Of a stretch of 64,000 bases of DNA, positions 9,824 to 20,657 are shown one piece after another (positions within the stretch are counted from its first letter, which is position 1; every line of letters starts with the position of its first letter). The stretch lies in the NCBI GenBank assembly GCA_001600695.1, contig BCKQ01000009.1, positions 546,772-610,771 on the forward strand. Reading direction: 5' to 3'. The translations under genes and the position numbers were made by a program. Source of the stretch: Ascoidea asiatica JCM 7603. Lineage: Eukaryota > Fungi > Ascomycota. The notes under the pieces were generated by a model. The model searched no databases. It saw only the letters and a list, made by a program, of their open reading frames with translations, and had not been told where the DNA came from.

Positions 9824-11674
9824 TTAACTGATATAAACAGATTCTAAAGCTTCAATTATATTATCAAGCTCAATGGGTTGCAAAAATTTTAAAGGAATTG
9901 ATTTTTTTCTACATTTTTTACTTATTCCACTACTTAAATAAAAATTATTATTATAACTTTTAATTGGTTGAGTTAAAAAAACATTTCTTTTTTGAATTAA
10001 TTTTTTATAATAGTCCAAATTATCAAATCCATTATTAATTCTAAATATTGGATCACAAAGTTTAAAAATTATAAGCATTGTAAAATATGAATCATTACAT
10101 GCATTATGTAAATTTGAATATGGTATATTTAAACATTTTAAAATCATACCTAATGAAGATTTCTCGGATCCAAAACTTATTGACCATAACATTTGACTAT
10201 CAATAATATAATCATTTTTAATTTTATTTAAAGAATCATTTTCTAATATTTTTTTTGGAAAATTTATTCCAAATGTTGTTAACCATTTAATATCACCTTG
10301 AAGATCATGACCAAGAAATGATGCTTGAATATCTTTTAAATTAAAATAATGATTTATTAAAATTTGAATAAATTTTATACAATTTTTTGTACTTAAAATT
10401 AAACTTTCTCCATTTAAATTATTATATTTATTATCATCAATATAAGTACCATTTTTATATCTTATATTTTCTTTTGGTAATAAATGAATTTTAATAAAAT
10501 CTGGTAATTTTGAATCTGTTTGATATCTTGGATCATAGATAATTATTCCAATTTCTGTTATTAAATCAGTATCAAATTCATAAGCTTCAATATCAATTGA
10601 AATTGAAATTGTTTTATTCAAAAAAAATTTAGTCATTGAATTTTTTAAAGTTTCAAAATTTGATAATCTATTTTTATTTAAATATGGATGTTTATTTAAA
10701 TTTATTTTATTTTTTAAATCTTTCAAGTAATATTCCAAAATTCTCTCTTTTTTTTCATAATCTCTTTTATTTTCATATTTACTTTTGTTTTTTTTCTTAT
10801 TTTTTTTTCTATTCTTAATTTCATTTTCATTTTCATTTTCATATTGGCTTTCGCTTTGACTATCAGAACCACTTTTACTATCTTTTTTACTTCTACTTTC
10901 ACTTTCACAGTCAGTGTCACTTTGGTTTTCACTTTCACTTTCAAAATTATTGAAATCATTATTAATTTTAGACCATAATTCAACTTTTTCTTTTTGAATT
11001 TTGAAATAATTTGGAATTAGATCTTCAAGATCTGGTAAATTATTAATATCAGTATCATTTGAAGAGGTGTGAGCTTTTTTTATAAAACTTGCATTTGAAT
11101 TTCCATTTCCATTTTTAAATTTATTATCATTTAAATCCAATTTTATAGGTAATGAACCGTTTTTGAATTTCGATAATTTATTATTCGTACTGTTTATATT
11201 GTTATAACTACTATTATAGTTATCATTATAGTTATTATTGTAAGTATTATTGTTGTATATATTGTTATTATAATAAGTATTATTATTATAAGTTGAAGTA
11301 GTATTTAAAATTGAATTGAAATTAGATGAATTACCTAGTTTATTATACAGATTAATAGAAGTGATTGTTCTAGTTGAATTCAGAAGAAAATCTTCATTTC
11401 TATCAACCAGTTCTATACTTTCAAAAGCTTTCAAATGTTCATTTGGATCTTCATTTACATATCCATTTATAATAGTTTCATTTGTTTGTGAATATTGTTT
11501 CTGTACTTTTTGTTCTTGTGATTCAAGCTCTTTTTTCTGTAACTTGGATTTCGATGCTGATCTTGTTTTAGATAATGATTTAGATTTCGATCTTGATCTT
11601 GATCTCGATTTTGGTTTATTTTTTGATTTTCTAGATTTAGAATTATAATTGAATTTTGATTCAGATTGACTCAT
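9824..11674 (-). CDS. Gfd2/YDR514C-family protein with C-terminal DEDD RNase-H-fold exonuclease-like domain
   Basis: SIDIEAYEFDTDLITEIGIIIYDPR, FLGHDLQGDIKWL and LHNACNDSYFT motifs; basic RS/KS-rich and Asn-rich N-terminus. Confidence 0.82.
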   Translation of the reverse strand: MSQSESKFNYNSKSRKSKNKPKSRSRSRSKSKSLSKTRSASKSKLQKKELESQEQKVQKQYSQTNETIINGYVNEDPNEHLKAFESIELVDRNEDFLLNSTRTITSINLYNKLGNSSNFNSILNTTSTYNNNTYYNNNIYNNNTYNNNYNDNYNSSYNNINSTNNKLSKFKNGSLPIKLDLNDNKFKNGNGNSNASFIKKAHTSSNDTDINNLPDLEDLIPNYFKIQKEKVELWSKINNDFNNFESESENQSDTDCESESRSKKDSKSGSDSQSESQYENENENEIKNRKKNKKKNKSKYENKRDYEKKERILEYYLKDLKNKINLNKHPYLNKNRLSNFETLKNSMTKFFLNKTISISIDIEAYEFDTDLITEIGIIIYDPRYQTDSKLPDFIKIHLLPKENIRYKNGTYIDDNKYNNLNGESLILSTKNCIKFIQILINHYFNLKDIQASFLGHDLQGDIKWLTTFGINFPKKILENDSLNKIKNDYIIDSQMLWSISFGSEKSSLGMILKCLNIPYSNLHNACNDSYFTMLIIFKLCDPIFRINNGFDNLDYYKKLIQKRNVFLTQPIKSYNNNFYLSSGISKKCRKKSIPLKFLQPIELDNIIEALESVYIS

Positions 11675-11959
11675 ATTTCATTTGGAGAAACACTTTTGGG
11701 ATTGGTTTTTAATGTGTTGAGTTGATTTTTAAATCAAACTAAAATTTTCTAGTTTTATTAGTTTATTAAATTGATATTGTCATAAAAATTTTCATTAATT
11801 AAATAGTACTTCTTACATTACTTATCTAAAACATATCCGAAAATAAACATAAAAACTCATAATCTGAAAAAAAGTTTTCAGTCATTTTTTAGATAGACAG
11901 ACTAATTTTAAGTTTTTTGTGTTTGAAATATGTGATAAATTGAGAAACAGTAAGGAAGG

Positions 11960-11975
11960 CCGTGAATATGGTCTC
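11960..11975 (+). promoter_or_regulatory. Recurrent 16-bp promoter motif, copy 2 (CCGTGAATATGGTCTC)
   Basis: Lies in the divergent GFD2-like/MED17 intergenic region; 15/16 identical to copy 1. Confidence 0.5.
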
Positions 11976-12299
11976 GCATATGCAGATGACGTGTTTGTAG
12001 CCATTAGAAAGGTACTTCTAGCACCGAGCCTTCTCCTTGCTCATAACTGGTCCCGTGACTGTGGGCGCGACTGAATGTTTCCGGAGAAAGTGAAATTGTT
12101 GATTTGATGAAAGTTGTGGAAAAGATGAAACTGGTGGAAATGGAGCAGGAGAAGCAGAAACAGAAGCACTAGAAGAAGTAGAAGCAACTGAAATAAAGGA
12201 AACAATTGCAGAAACAGAGAGGAATGATGAAAGAAAGACAACAACATTGGTGCTTTTGGTGATCTCGAGAATAATTCATACCTTAAATTGAATTGAAAA

Positions 12300-15200
12300 A
12301 TGGATATAGAAGAAAAAACCGAGCAACTTATAAATCAAGAAACAATAAAGCAAAATAATCCACAGGCGAACAATGATAAAAATTATAATGAACAAAATAT
12401 CACAAATGAAACAAATAACAATATTGAATCTCAGAATAATAATGAAAATAACATAATTATTAAAAATGATATTCCAATGTTAAATCAAATAACAAGTCAA
12501 TTGGATTTAGAAGAAGAAAAAATTTTAAAGGGTAAAATACCTTTATATCTTGATCCAAATTTAATTTCTCAAAATTTCAAAGATCCATTCATAAAATATC
12601 CATCTGATTTATCTTTAAATAATTTATTACAAAAAATTAATCAAGAAAAAGGTGATTTTTTACAAATTACTATAGATTCAATTAAACAAGATAAAATAAA
12701 TCAAAAAAAAAAAAAACTAGAAGATTTAAAAAAATTTGATAGATTTAATATTTATGGAAATGAATATTCAAATTCTGATAATACTGATAATATTGAAAAT
12801 AATGATATTAATGATAACAATAAAAGTCTTGATAATATTGAAAGCAATGATACTAATGAAACTACTAATAATGAAAATAATGATAATGTACAAGACAATA
12901 AAGAAGATACAAAAGTAGATAAAAAAGAAATTTCAATTAATAAAAATGAAAATAATAATAAAAATCTGGATTTTTACACCATTAAGGGTAAAATCCTAAC
13001 TTCGATTGATGTTGCAATTAATGAATCTGCTTATCTTTTAGATTTTTTATCTTTATTAAACTCTTCTGTTAATAAAAATTCAGTTTCTTCAATTTCTCCA
13101 CATTTAAAAAATTTAATACCAATAAAATCTCTTAATTCTGATTTTTTAGAAAATAATAATAATAATCAAATTAATCATAAATTATTAAAAGGTTGGAAAT
13201 TAGATGCAATAAATTCTGCTTCAAATTTATTTAAAAAATCTTCAATTAGATTATCAAAAGAAATTAATTATGAAAAATCATTTTGGAATAATTTATTGAA
13301 AATTTCAAATATAAATAATAAAAATAATAAAAATTATAATGAAATTTTATTTAAATCAAATAAAAATAATTCAATTGGAATAAATTTTGGTTTTAATGAT
13401 TCAGGTTCATATTTTGATCCAAAAAAAAGTTTTGCAACTTTAGAAAGATCAAATAATAATTTAATTTTTAATCCAAATAATTTACAAAATTCAAAAAAAA
13501 TTAAATCATATATTAAAGTTAATTTATTAACAAAAATTAATGATAAATTTATTTTATTTAGTCAATCTTCATTACCAAAACATTTAATCAATTTAATTAT
13601 TACAAATAAAAATTCTAATAATATTAAAAATCAAATTAATGAAGCAAGATTATCTTTATTTGAAGAAGAATTATTTTTTCAATTAATTAAAGAATCAAAA
13701 TCTTTAATTCCATATAATGTTAAAATTTTATCAAATGAAAAAATTTTAATTAATATTGATAATGAATTAAATATTGAAATTGAATATATTTCAAAAACTA
13801 TTGATCAATTAAATGATGAAATTCAAATTCAATTTCCAAATTTAATATTTGATAATAATAATAATCAAGATGATGAAATTTTATCAAATCAAAGTAATAC
13901 TCAAACAAACTCAACTAAAGATATAAATGAAATAAGTGGAATAAATGGTCAAATATCTTCAAAAAATGATGAAAAAGAAAAAGAAAATATTATATTATCT
14001 GAAGAAATTGTATCAAAAGAGAAAGAAAGCAGTTTAATAATAGAATCAAATATATCCGAAAAAAAAGATGATACAGAATCGGAAGGTAAAATCCCTGAAG
14101 AAAAAATTTTGCAAAATTATTCAAAAGAAGATTCAACAAATATTTCAAAAGAAATTTCAACAAACGATTTAATAGAAAATTCAATAAGAAGTTCAACACC
14201 CGATTTAGAAGAACCTTCAATAGAGAATGAACCAATAAACTCTGCCGAAAGCGTACCAACATCTACAACGGAGAATATATCAACATCTGCAACAGAAAAT
14301 ATATCAACATCTTCTACAGAAAGTGGATCAGCTAATTTGACACGAAATCCAATAGAAAATCCACAAGAAAATCCAATAGAAAATCCACAAGAAAATTCAA
14401 CAGAAAACTCAACAGAAAACTCAACAGAAAATTTAAAAGAAAATTCAAAAGAAAATATAATTGATAGTTCAATAAAAAATATTGATGATAGTAAAGATAA
14501 TCAAATCATTGACAATGTAAAAATTACCCCCATTGAAGGTGTTGATTCAATTGACGATGTTAAAGTCGATAATAGTAATTTAACAGAAAGTGAGATGATT
14601 GAGGAGCATAAAAAATTGGATGAAATTGATGAATTGTTTAACAGTGATGGATATTCTTCTAGTACTGCTGATAATAATGAAGCTGAAATTATTTCAAATG
14701 ATCAAATTAATCCTAATAATAATGAAATTAAACTCGATGTTTCTAATGATAAAATAGATAAAGACTTAAATGTAGATTCAAATTTGGAAAATAAAGACAA
14801 AAATATGGATATTGATGTTGATATGGATGAGAAAAAAGATAATAATAAGATAAATGATGAACAGAAAGTGATTCTAGAAAAAATACAGGATAATAAAATT
14901 GAAAATAAAAATGAAAATTCAATTGACGATGAGAAAAATAAGCCTACTAACAAGATTGATAATGATCTTGAATTACCTAAAAAGATTGAAGAGATTACAA
15001 AAAATTCAGATAACTTTAAAGTTGAATTAAAAAATAATATTATTAATGGAGATAATAATCCTCAAATGGATGCTGATGGTGATATAGAAATGGAAAATAA
15101 TACAGAGGATGCAAATCATATTTCAAATGCTAATATTGATAATGATATTAATATGGAAATAGATTTAAATGATCTTGGAAATTCACCATTTAATACAGTA

Positions 15201-16280
15201 TCACCGACCGCAAGTGAAGAAATAAATGATCTTGTTAAGAATAATAGAAAAGCTGATTATATTTTATATTTTTTAAGAATAATTTTATCATATAATCATA
15301 AATTAAATTTAAAATATAAAAAAAATTCATCATCAATAATTTTAAATTCTTCATTAAATAAAGATAAAAATAATGATCCATCAATATTAAAACCATTAAT
15401 TGGAAATATCAAACATGAGAAATATTTGAATGAATTAATTAATTTAATTATTGAAATATTAAAAGTTAATGAAATTGATAATTTTTCAATAATTGATAAT
15501 GAAGATTTAATTAAGACTAAAAATCTAGAAAGTTATATTTTTATACAAAAAAATTTCAATTCAAAGAATAATGAAAAAGATAGTAATTTTAGAAGTAATA
15601 ATATTATTGAAGATTTAATCAAAACTTTTAATAATTTAAATAAAGATACTGAGTTTAATAAATTTGAAGATGCTTTTAAAAAAATAATAAATCCCCCATA
15701 TACTAAAATCATAATCAATTTAAGAAAAAATTTAATTATTGAAATTGTTTTATCAACTACATTAACATTTTGTGATTTAACAATTGATTTAAAAGCTAAA
15801 AGAATTAATGATAAAAATAATAATTTAAATAAAATTTTAGCAGCAGATTTTTCAGATCTTGAAGATACCAAAACTTGTTTAGAATGGATTATTGAAGGTT
15901 ATATAGATGATATAAATGATGAATTTGAGAATGTTAATGAATTTGATGATAATAAAGATATGGTTATTAAAAGTGATGATAGTAAAGATGTGGCAATAGA
16001 AAATGTTATTATTAAAAATGAGGATACTGATATAAATGATAAGCCAAATGGAAATGGAAATGGGAATAGAGCATCACCTATTTTGGTTAATAGTGATAAG
16101 ATAAATGATTCAAGTAATGGTGATATTATTATTGATCTCACTGATGATATTCCAGATCGTATTCAAAATGATATTAAAAAGAATATTCCAGATAAGATTA
16201 CGAGTAATATTCTAAATAATGTCAAAGTCAATGGTGTTATGAATGGAGTTTCAAATGGAGTTGAAAAGAAACCAAGTTGA
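12300..16280 (+). CDS. SRB4: Mediator head subunit Med17 with a long acidic insertion
   Basis: IPLYLDPNLIS..DPF, LLQKINQEKGDFLQIT, AINESAYLLDFLSLL, KGWKLDAINSAS..LSKEINYEKSFW, FGFNDSGS and INEARLSLFEEELFFQLIKES are Med17 signatures. Confidence 0.88.
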   Translation: MDIEEKTEQLINQETIKQNNPQANNDKNYNEQNITNETNNNIESQNNNENNIIIKNDIPMLNQITSQLDLEEEKILKGKIPLYLDPNLISQNFKDPFIKYPSDLSLNNLLQKINQEKGDFLQITIDSIKQDKINQKKKKLEDLKKFDRFNIYGNEYSNSDNTDNIENNDINDNNKSLDNIESNDTNETTNNENNDNVQDNKEDTKVDKKEISINKNENNNKNLDFYTIKGKILTSIDVAINESAYLLDFLSLLNSSVNKNSVSSISPHLKNLIPIKSLNSDFLENNNNNQINHKLLKGWKLDAINSASNLFKKSSIRLSKEINYEKSFWNNLLKISNINNKNNKNYNEILFKSNKNNSIGINFGFNDSGSYFDPKKSFATLERSNNNLIFNPNNLQNSKKIKSYIKVNLLTKINDKFILFSQSSLPKHLINLIITNKNSNNIKNQINEARLSLFEEELFFQLIKESKSLIPYNVKILSNEKILINIDNELNIEIEYISKTIDQLNDEIQIQFPNLIFDNNNNQDDEILSNQSNTQTNSTKDINEISGINGQISSKNDEKEKENIILSEEIVSKEKESSLIIESNISEKKDDTESEGKIPEEKILQNYSKEDSTNISKEISTNDLIENSIRSSTPDLEEPSIENEPINSAESVPTSTTENISTSATENISTSSTESGSANLTRNPIENPQENPIENPQENSTENSTENSTENLKENSKENIIDSSIKNIDDSKDNQIIDNVKITPIEGVDSIDDVKVDNSNLTESEMIEEHKKLDEIDELFNSDGYSSSTADNNEAEIISNDQINPNNNEIKLDVSNDKIDKDLNVDSNLENKDKNMDIDVDMDEKKDNNKINDEQKVILEKIQDNKIENKNENSIDDEKNKPTNKIDNDLELPKKIEEITKNSDNFKVELKNNIINGDNNPQMDADGDIEMENNTEDANHISNANIDNDINMEIDLNDLGNSPFNTVSPTASEEINDLVKNNRKADYILYFLRIILSYNHKLNLKYKKNSSSIILNSSLNKDKNNDPSILKPLIGNIKHEKYLNELINLIIEILKVNEIDNFSIIDNEDLIKTKNLESYIFIQKNFNSKNNEKDSNFRSNNIIEDLIKTFNNLNKDTEFNKFEDAFKKIINPPYTKIIINLRKNLIIEIVLSTTLTFCDLTIDLKAKRINDKNNNLNKILAADFSDLEDTKTCLEWIIEGYIDDINDEFENVNEFDDNKDMVIKSDDSKDVAIENVIIKNEDTDINDKPNGNGNGNRASPILVNSDKINDSSNGDIIIDLTDDIPDRIQNDIKKNIPDKITSNILNNVKVNGVMNGVSNGVEKKPS
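14346..14456 (+). repeat. Coding 12-bp minisatellite (NPIE/NPQE/NSTE, ~9 copies) in the Med17 insertion
   Basis: aatccaatagaa, aatccacaagaa, aattcaacagaa and aactcaacagaa units in tandem. Confidence 0.85.
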
Positions 16281-16441
16281 TAAAGATAATTGGAAATTGA
16301 AATAGTTTAAATAGTAATCTGATTTAATAAATGAATATGATTAATGTTATCAATTTTTGTATTTCAAACCAGTTTCATTGAATTTATTGAATTTATTGAA
16401 ATTATTAAAATTTGAATATTTTTTATCACAAAATTGATGAG

Positions 16442-16457
16442 CCGTAAAAGTGGTCTC
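16442..16457 (+). promoter_or_regulatory. Recurrent 16-bp promoter motif, copy 3 (CCGTAAAAGTGGTCTC)
   Basis: About 240 bp upstream of the ARC40 ATG; followed by an inverted pair TTATGTAAT/ATTACATAA (16471-16501). Confidence 0.5.
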
Positions 16458-16694
16458 ACTTAAGTATTAATTATGTAATACTATATAAAGTGATTACATA
16501 ATTGTATTATTTGTTGTTTCGTTAACGTCAACTCCTATTTTAACAGCTTTCACCTAATATTTTATCGGATTGAAGAACAGGATTAAAATGACAATTTAAT
16601 CATAATTTGATAACAATACAATAATAAGAAGATTGAAATAAGATTGAAATTTTATATAAATTCAATTAAAGATATATAATTGAAGTTAGATAAA

Positions 16695-17828
16695 ATGACA
16701 GAACCAAAAATTTTTAAATTTCATTCAGGTACAATTCAAGATCATTGTTTTTTTGGAAATGATAATAAATTATTAGCAATTACAGAAGGTAAAGATATAA
16801 ATATTATTGATACAACAACAGAAAAAATTTTAAAAAAATTACAAGGTCATGAATCTTTAATAACATCAATTGATGTATCATGTGAAGGATTAATTGTATC
16901 ATGTTCTCAAGATCGTAATGCAATTGTTTGGAAACCATATTTTAATGAAAATTCTAAAATTTTAGAATTTAAAAAAGATTTAGTTTTATTAAGAATTAAT
17001 AGAGCTGCAATTTGTTGTAAATGGTCACCAAATGGTAAAAAATTTGCTGTTGGATCTGGATCAAAAGTAATTGCAATTTGTTATTATGAAGAAGAAAATG
17101 ATTGGTGGATTTCAAAACATATCAAAAAATTTATAAAATCATCAGTTTTAAGTATTGATTGGCATCCAAATAATGTTTTAATTGCATGTGGTACAGCAAA
17201 TTATCATACATTAGTATTATCATCATTTATTAAAGGTATTGATAAAAAACCAGAATCAAGTTTTTGGGGTACAAAATTACCATTTAATACATTATGTGGA
17301 GATTTTATTAGTAGTACAGGTGGATGGATTCATGGAGTTAATTTTAGTCCAAGTGGAAATATATTAGGATTTGTATCTCATGATTCATCAATTACAATAA
17401 TTTATCCATCAGAAAATGGAGAAATTAATAAAGAACCAAAATCAATGATATCAATTAAAAGTAATTATTTACCATTTAAATCAATTAAATTTTTAAATGA
17501 AAATGAATTAATTGTTGCAGGACATAATTGTTATCCAATTTTATATTCAGGAGATGAAAATTCATGGGAAGAAATTAAAAGTATTGATCCACAAGTTAAA
17601 AAAAATAATAATAATAGTTATAATAATATTAATGAAGATGAAACAACGACAACTACAAGTGCAATAAATATGTTTAAACAATTAGATTTAAAAGGTAAGA
17701 TTGTAAGTAAAGATTCAAATAAATTACAAAGTATTCATCAAAATACAATTACATCATTAAAATTATATTCAAAAGATAAAATTTCAACATCTGGTAATGA
17801 TGGTAAAGTTGTAATTTTTTCAATTTAA
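16695..17828 (+). CDS. ARC40: Arp2/3 complex WD40 subunit ARPC1
   Basis: IVSCSQDRNAIVW, LVLLRINRAA..CKWSPNGKKFAVGSG, CYYEEENDWWISKHIKK, WGTKLPF, SIHQNTIT. The first ATG at 16695 is preferred over the TTG at 16680. Confidence 0.96.
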   Translation: MTEPKIFKFHSGTIQDHCFFGNDNKLLAITEGKDINIIDTTTEKILKKLQGHESLITSIDVSCEGLIVSCSQDRNAIVWKPYFNENSKILEFKKDLVLLRINRAAICCKWSPNGKKFAVGSGSKVIAICYYEEENDWWISKHIKKFIKSSVLSIDWHPNNVLIACGTANYHTLVLSSFIKGIDKKPESSFWGTKLPFNTLCGDFISSTGGWIHGVNFSPSGNILGFVSHDSSITIIYPSENGEINKEPKSMISIKSNYLPFKSIKFLNENELIVAGHNCYPILYSGDENSWEEIKSIDPQVKKNNNNSYNNINEDETTTTTSAINMFKQLDLKGKIVSKDSNKLQSIHQNTITSLKLYSKDKISTSGNDGKVVIFSI

Positions 17829-18849
17829 AAAAAACTATATATTTAATAAAATTTTCTGTTACTTTATATATAATTTTATATTTGTTAGTATTTTATAAAT
17901 AAATGGAATTTTCTAATAAGATATAATTAATTAAGTAATTTGAAGTGATTAAACTAAATTTAAAAGAAAACTAGAGAGCTTTGACAAAACCTAGAACATG
18001 TGAAATTATTAAATTTGACATTACAAAATAAAAAGAAAAAAATAATTTAATGAGATATATAAGATATTCATTTATTGGTAACTATATAGTATAAGAAAAT
18101 GATAATATAAAAAGAATAGTAACAAGAAAGAGACTATTAGAGTTAGTAATTGAATATTATAATTAATTGATTTAATATAATAAGGATATATTTAAATATT
18201 AATAAATAATTGATAAATGAATCAGAGATCTTGGTGTATATATAATGTCTCATTGAAATAAATTTCTCTGAAGTAGCAAATATTTTTTAACATCATTTTC
18301 ATTATGAATTATTTAATATTTTAAAATTGAAATTGAAACTGAGATTAAGAAAATTAAATTACTTACAATTTATTTATAAATAAATTTCCATTATATAAAT
18401 GAAATAAAAAGGGATAAAAGAATTGGCTAAAAAGAAAGATTATATTAGTTTTATATTAATTATTGAAATATAATTGAATTGAAGGGAAATAGTAAATTTT
18501 TATAATATTTAAAATTGTATATTTCAGAAAATTTGATTAAAAACCATATCATCAATTAAATCAGACGACTCTTCCTAAAAATGGTATAAATTCATCATAT
18601 ACTTTAAATATTATAAAAATCAAAGAAATTTTATAAACATACAAGTCTTTAAAAACAAAACTAATGAATGATTTGGATTTAAATTCTTTTTGATAGAAGA
18701 ACATATAAAACACAAGTTGTAAAATTTAAGGATAATTGATTATTATTTATATTATTATTAAATGAAAAATTTATATCTAATTTTTTATTATTTATTCACG
18801 TATTTTTGTATCAAATAAAAACTATTAGGTCTTTCTAATAGAAATTAGG

Positions 18850-19640
18850 TCACGTTACCCGCACATTGATATTTTTAAGCAACGATCAGGGCTCTTATTC
18901 TGCTTTTTATTCTCCAATGGTGCATGTGTAGCCAGTTCTGTGGATGCTTACATTTTAAGCAGTAACTGTGAAATTGGCGTTGAAAGCCGAAGAAATCTGA
19001 AAAGCGCTGTGGGAGAGCCCTAAATTAGAGATTTCGGTTATTGCAGCAAATGTGAGAAAGAAGCAAACGATGCAAACAGCTCCAATTTATTCAACTCAAG
19101 CTCGAAAACCCCCAGAATTTCACAAATTGATTGGATAAAATCTAAATAATTTAGGAAACTGAGGGAAAGGACCCTGAATTAATTAAGTGGTTGACATGTG
19201 CATAAGCTTTATGGAATATAAATCTAGTTTTTAAATCTAAAATATTTGATGAGATGAAATTTTAAATATCAACATGTCCTTATTACAGAGTTTTCATTCA
19301 ACGAACGAGAAATGCGCCAGAAATGCGCTAAAAACAAACGAAGAAAAATTGTTTCTCATTCGCAGAAGTCTCGGAGCTTGGCCAGAATTATCCCCGAGGG
19401 GTCTGGCGGTGCTCACGTGTTTTTTGCTGTTTCTGAAGGCCTTTTTTGTGCCGGTGACGGAGAAATGGTCACCCCTTGCAATCCGGATATGTGTGACTGG
19501 CTCGCAGAACTGCCCAATTGGGATGAGGACGGAACAAATTTGCACTCTTTCACAATACTGCCAATGTGCCATGCTCTGGAAAAGCTTGTGGGAAAGCTTC
19601 GTATTTTCACCCAACACACATTAATCACCGTGTCTACCCT
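18850..19640. promoter_or_regulatory. GC-rich upstream regulatory island of the MFS permease
   Basis: GC clearly raised over the flanks, strongest at 19300-19620. Reb1-like TTACCCG at 18855-18861, TCACGTG at 19413-19419. Overlapping short ORFs on both strands have no recognisable motifs. Confidence 0.45.
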
Positions 19641-20657
19641 TTCATTTCCATTTAATCTCCATTAAATCTTCATTTAATCTCCTCTTATTTTCCATTATTA
19701 TTATACTAAAATACAGAAACACAGAAACACAGAAACACAGAAACACATACATAATAAAACAAATTTCTTTTAATTCAGTAAATGAAAACATCTTTGCCCG
19801 AAACCGCATCCTTTTTTTTTTGCATATCCACCAACTTTTTGTCGTATTAAAGAATAAAAAAATCAGTAAGTGGTCTTCAAAAATTTAGTTTTTAAATTTA
19901 ACCTCTTAAAATTTCACTCCTACAAAATAGCCATTATCCTTGTGATATTTATCTCTTGACTCATACTTTACTGTAAAGAATACTTCTCGACAACAAATTT
20001 CGAAATTTAATTTTTATTATTGTTTATTAATCTACCCAGTTATTGTAATTATTATAATATGAATTATAATTTTCCATTTTATTTCAATATTCTCGATTAT
20101 GAGTCAACTTTTTCCCACTTCTAATTGTCAGCTGGTGATAATAAATACTAAATCCTATTCTTTATTTTTTATTCTTCATTATCAATACTCATTTAATTCA
20201 ATACAATACTAAATTTCAAATACCAGACCAAATATCAAATAGATATTTTTGATATGTAAACAGTAACCGAAAATTATTGAAAAAAAAAACCAAAAACCTC
20301 TCATACCAGGCCAACTTTACGACAAACACCCCTGCAATCCGCACTTTATTCCGTTTTTTTTTTTTTTTTTTTTACTTTCTTCTTTCATTTATCCTTTTTT
20401 TTTTTTATTAAATTCAATTTTTTAAAACTTTTCATTTATTGTTTTCAGATTTTAATCATATTTATTTATTCTATATAAAAGAGATTCATTTATTCCTTTA
20501 TTATATAATCTATTTATTTGTTCATTTTTTTATATTATTTATTTACTTTGATATTATTCAAACCTTTTATAAGTTTTATTTAAAAATAACTCTGTATATT
20601 ATTGAATATTGAATATTGAATATTAAATATTAGATATTAAATATTTATTAGATAAAA

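Noticed and set aside
12100-12292. Glu/Ala-rich open frame just upstream of MED17
   Set aside because: No in-frame ATG and it stops before the MED17 start; no splice signals to join it.
19274-19665. Four overlapping ORFs on both strands
   Set aside because: Expected from stop-codon scarcity in a GC island; non-native codon usage and no motifs.
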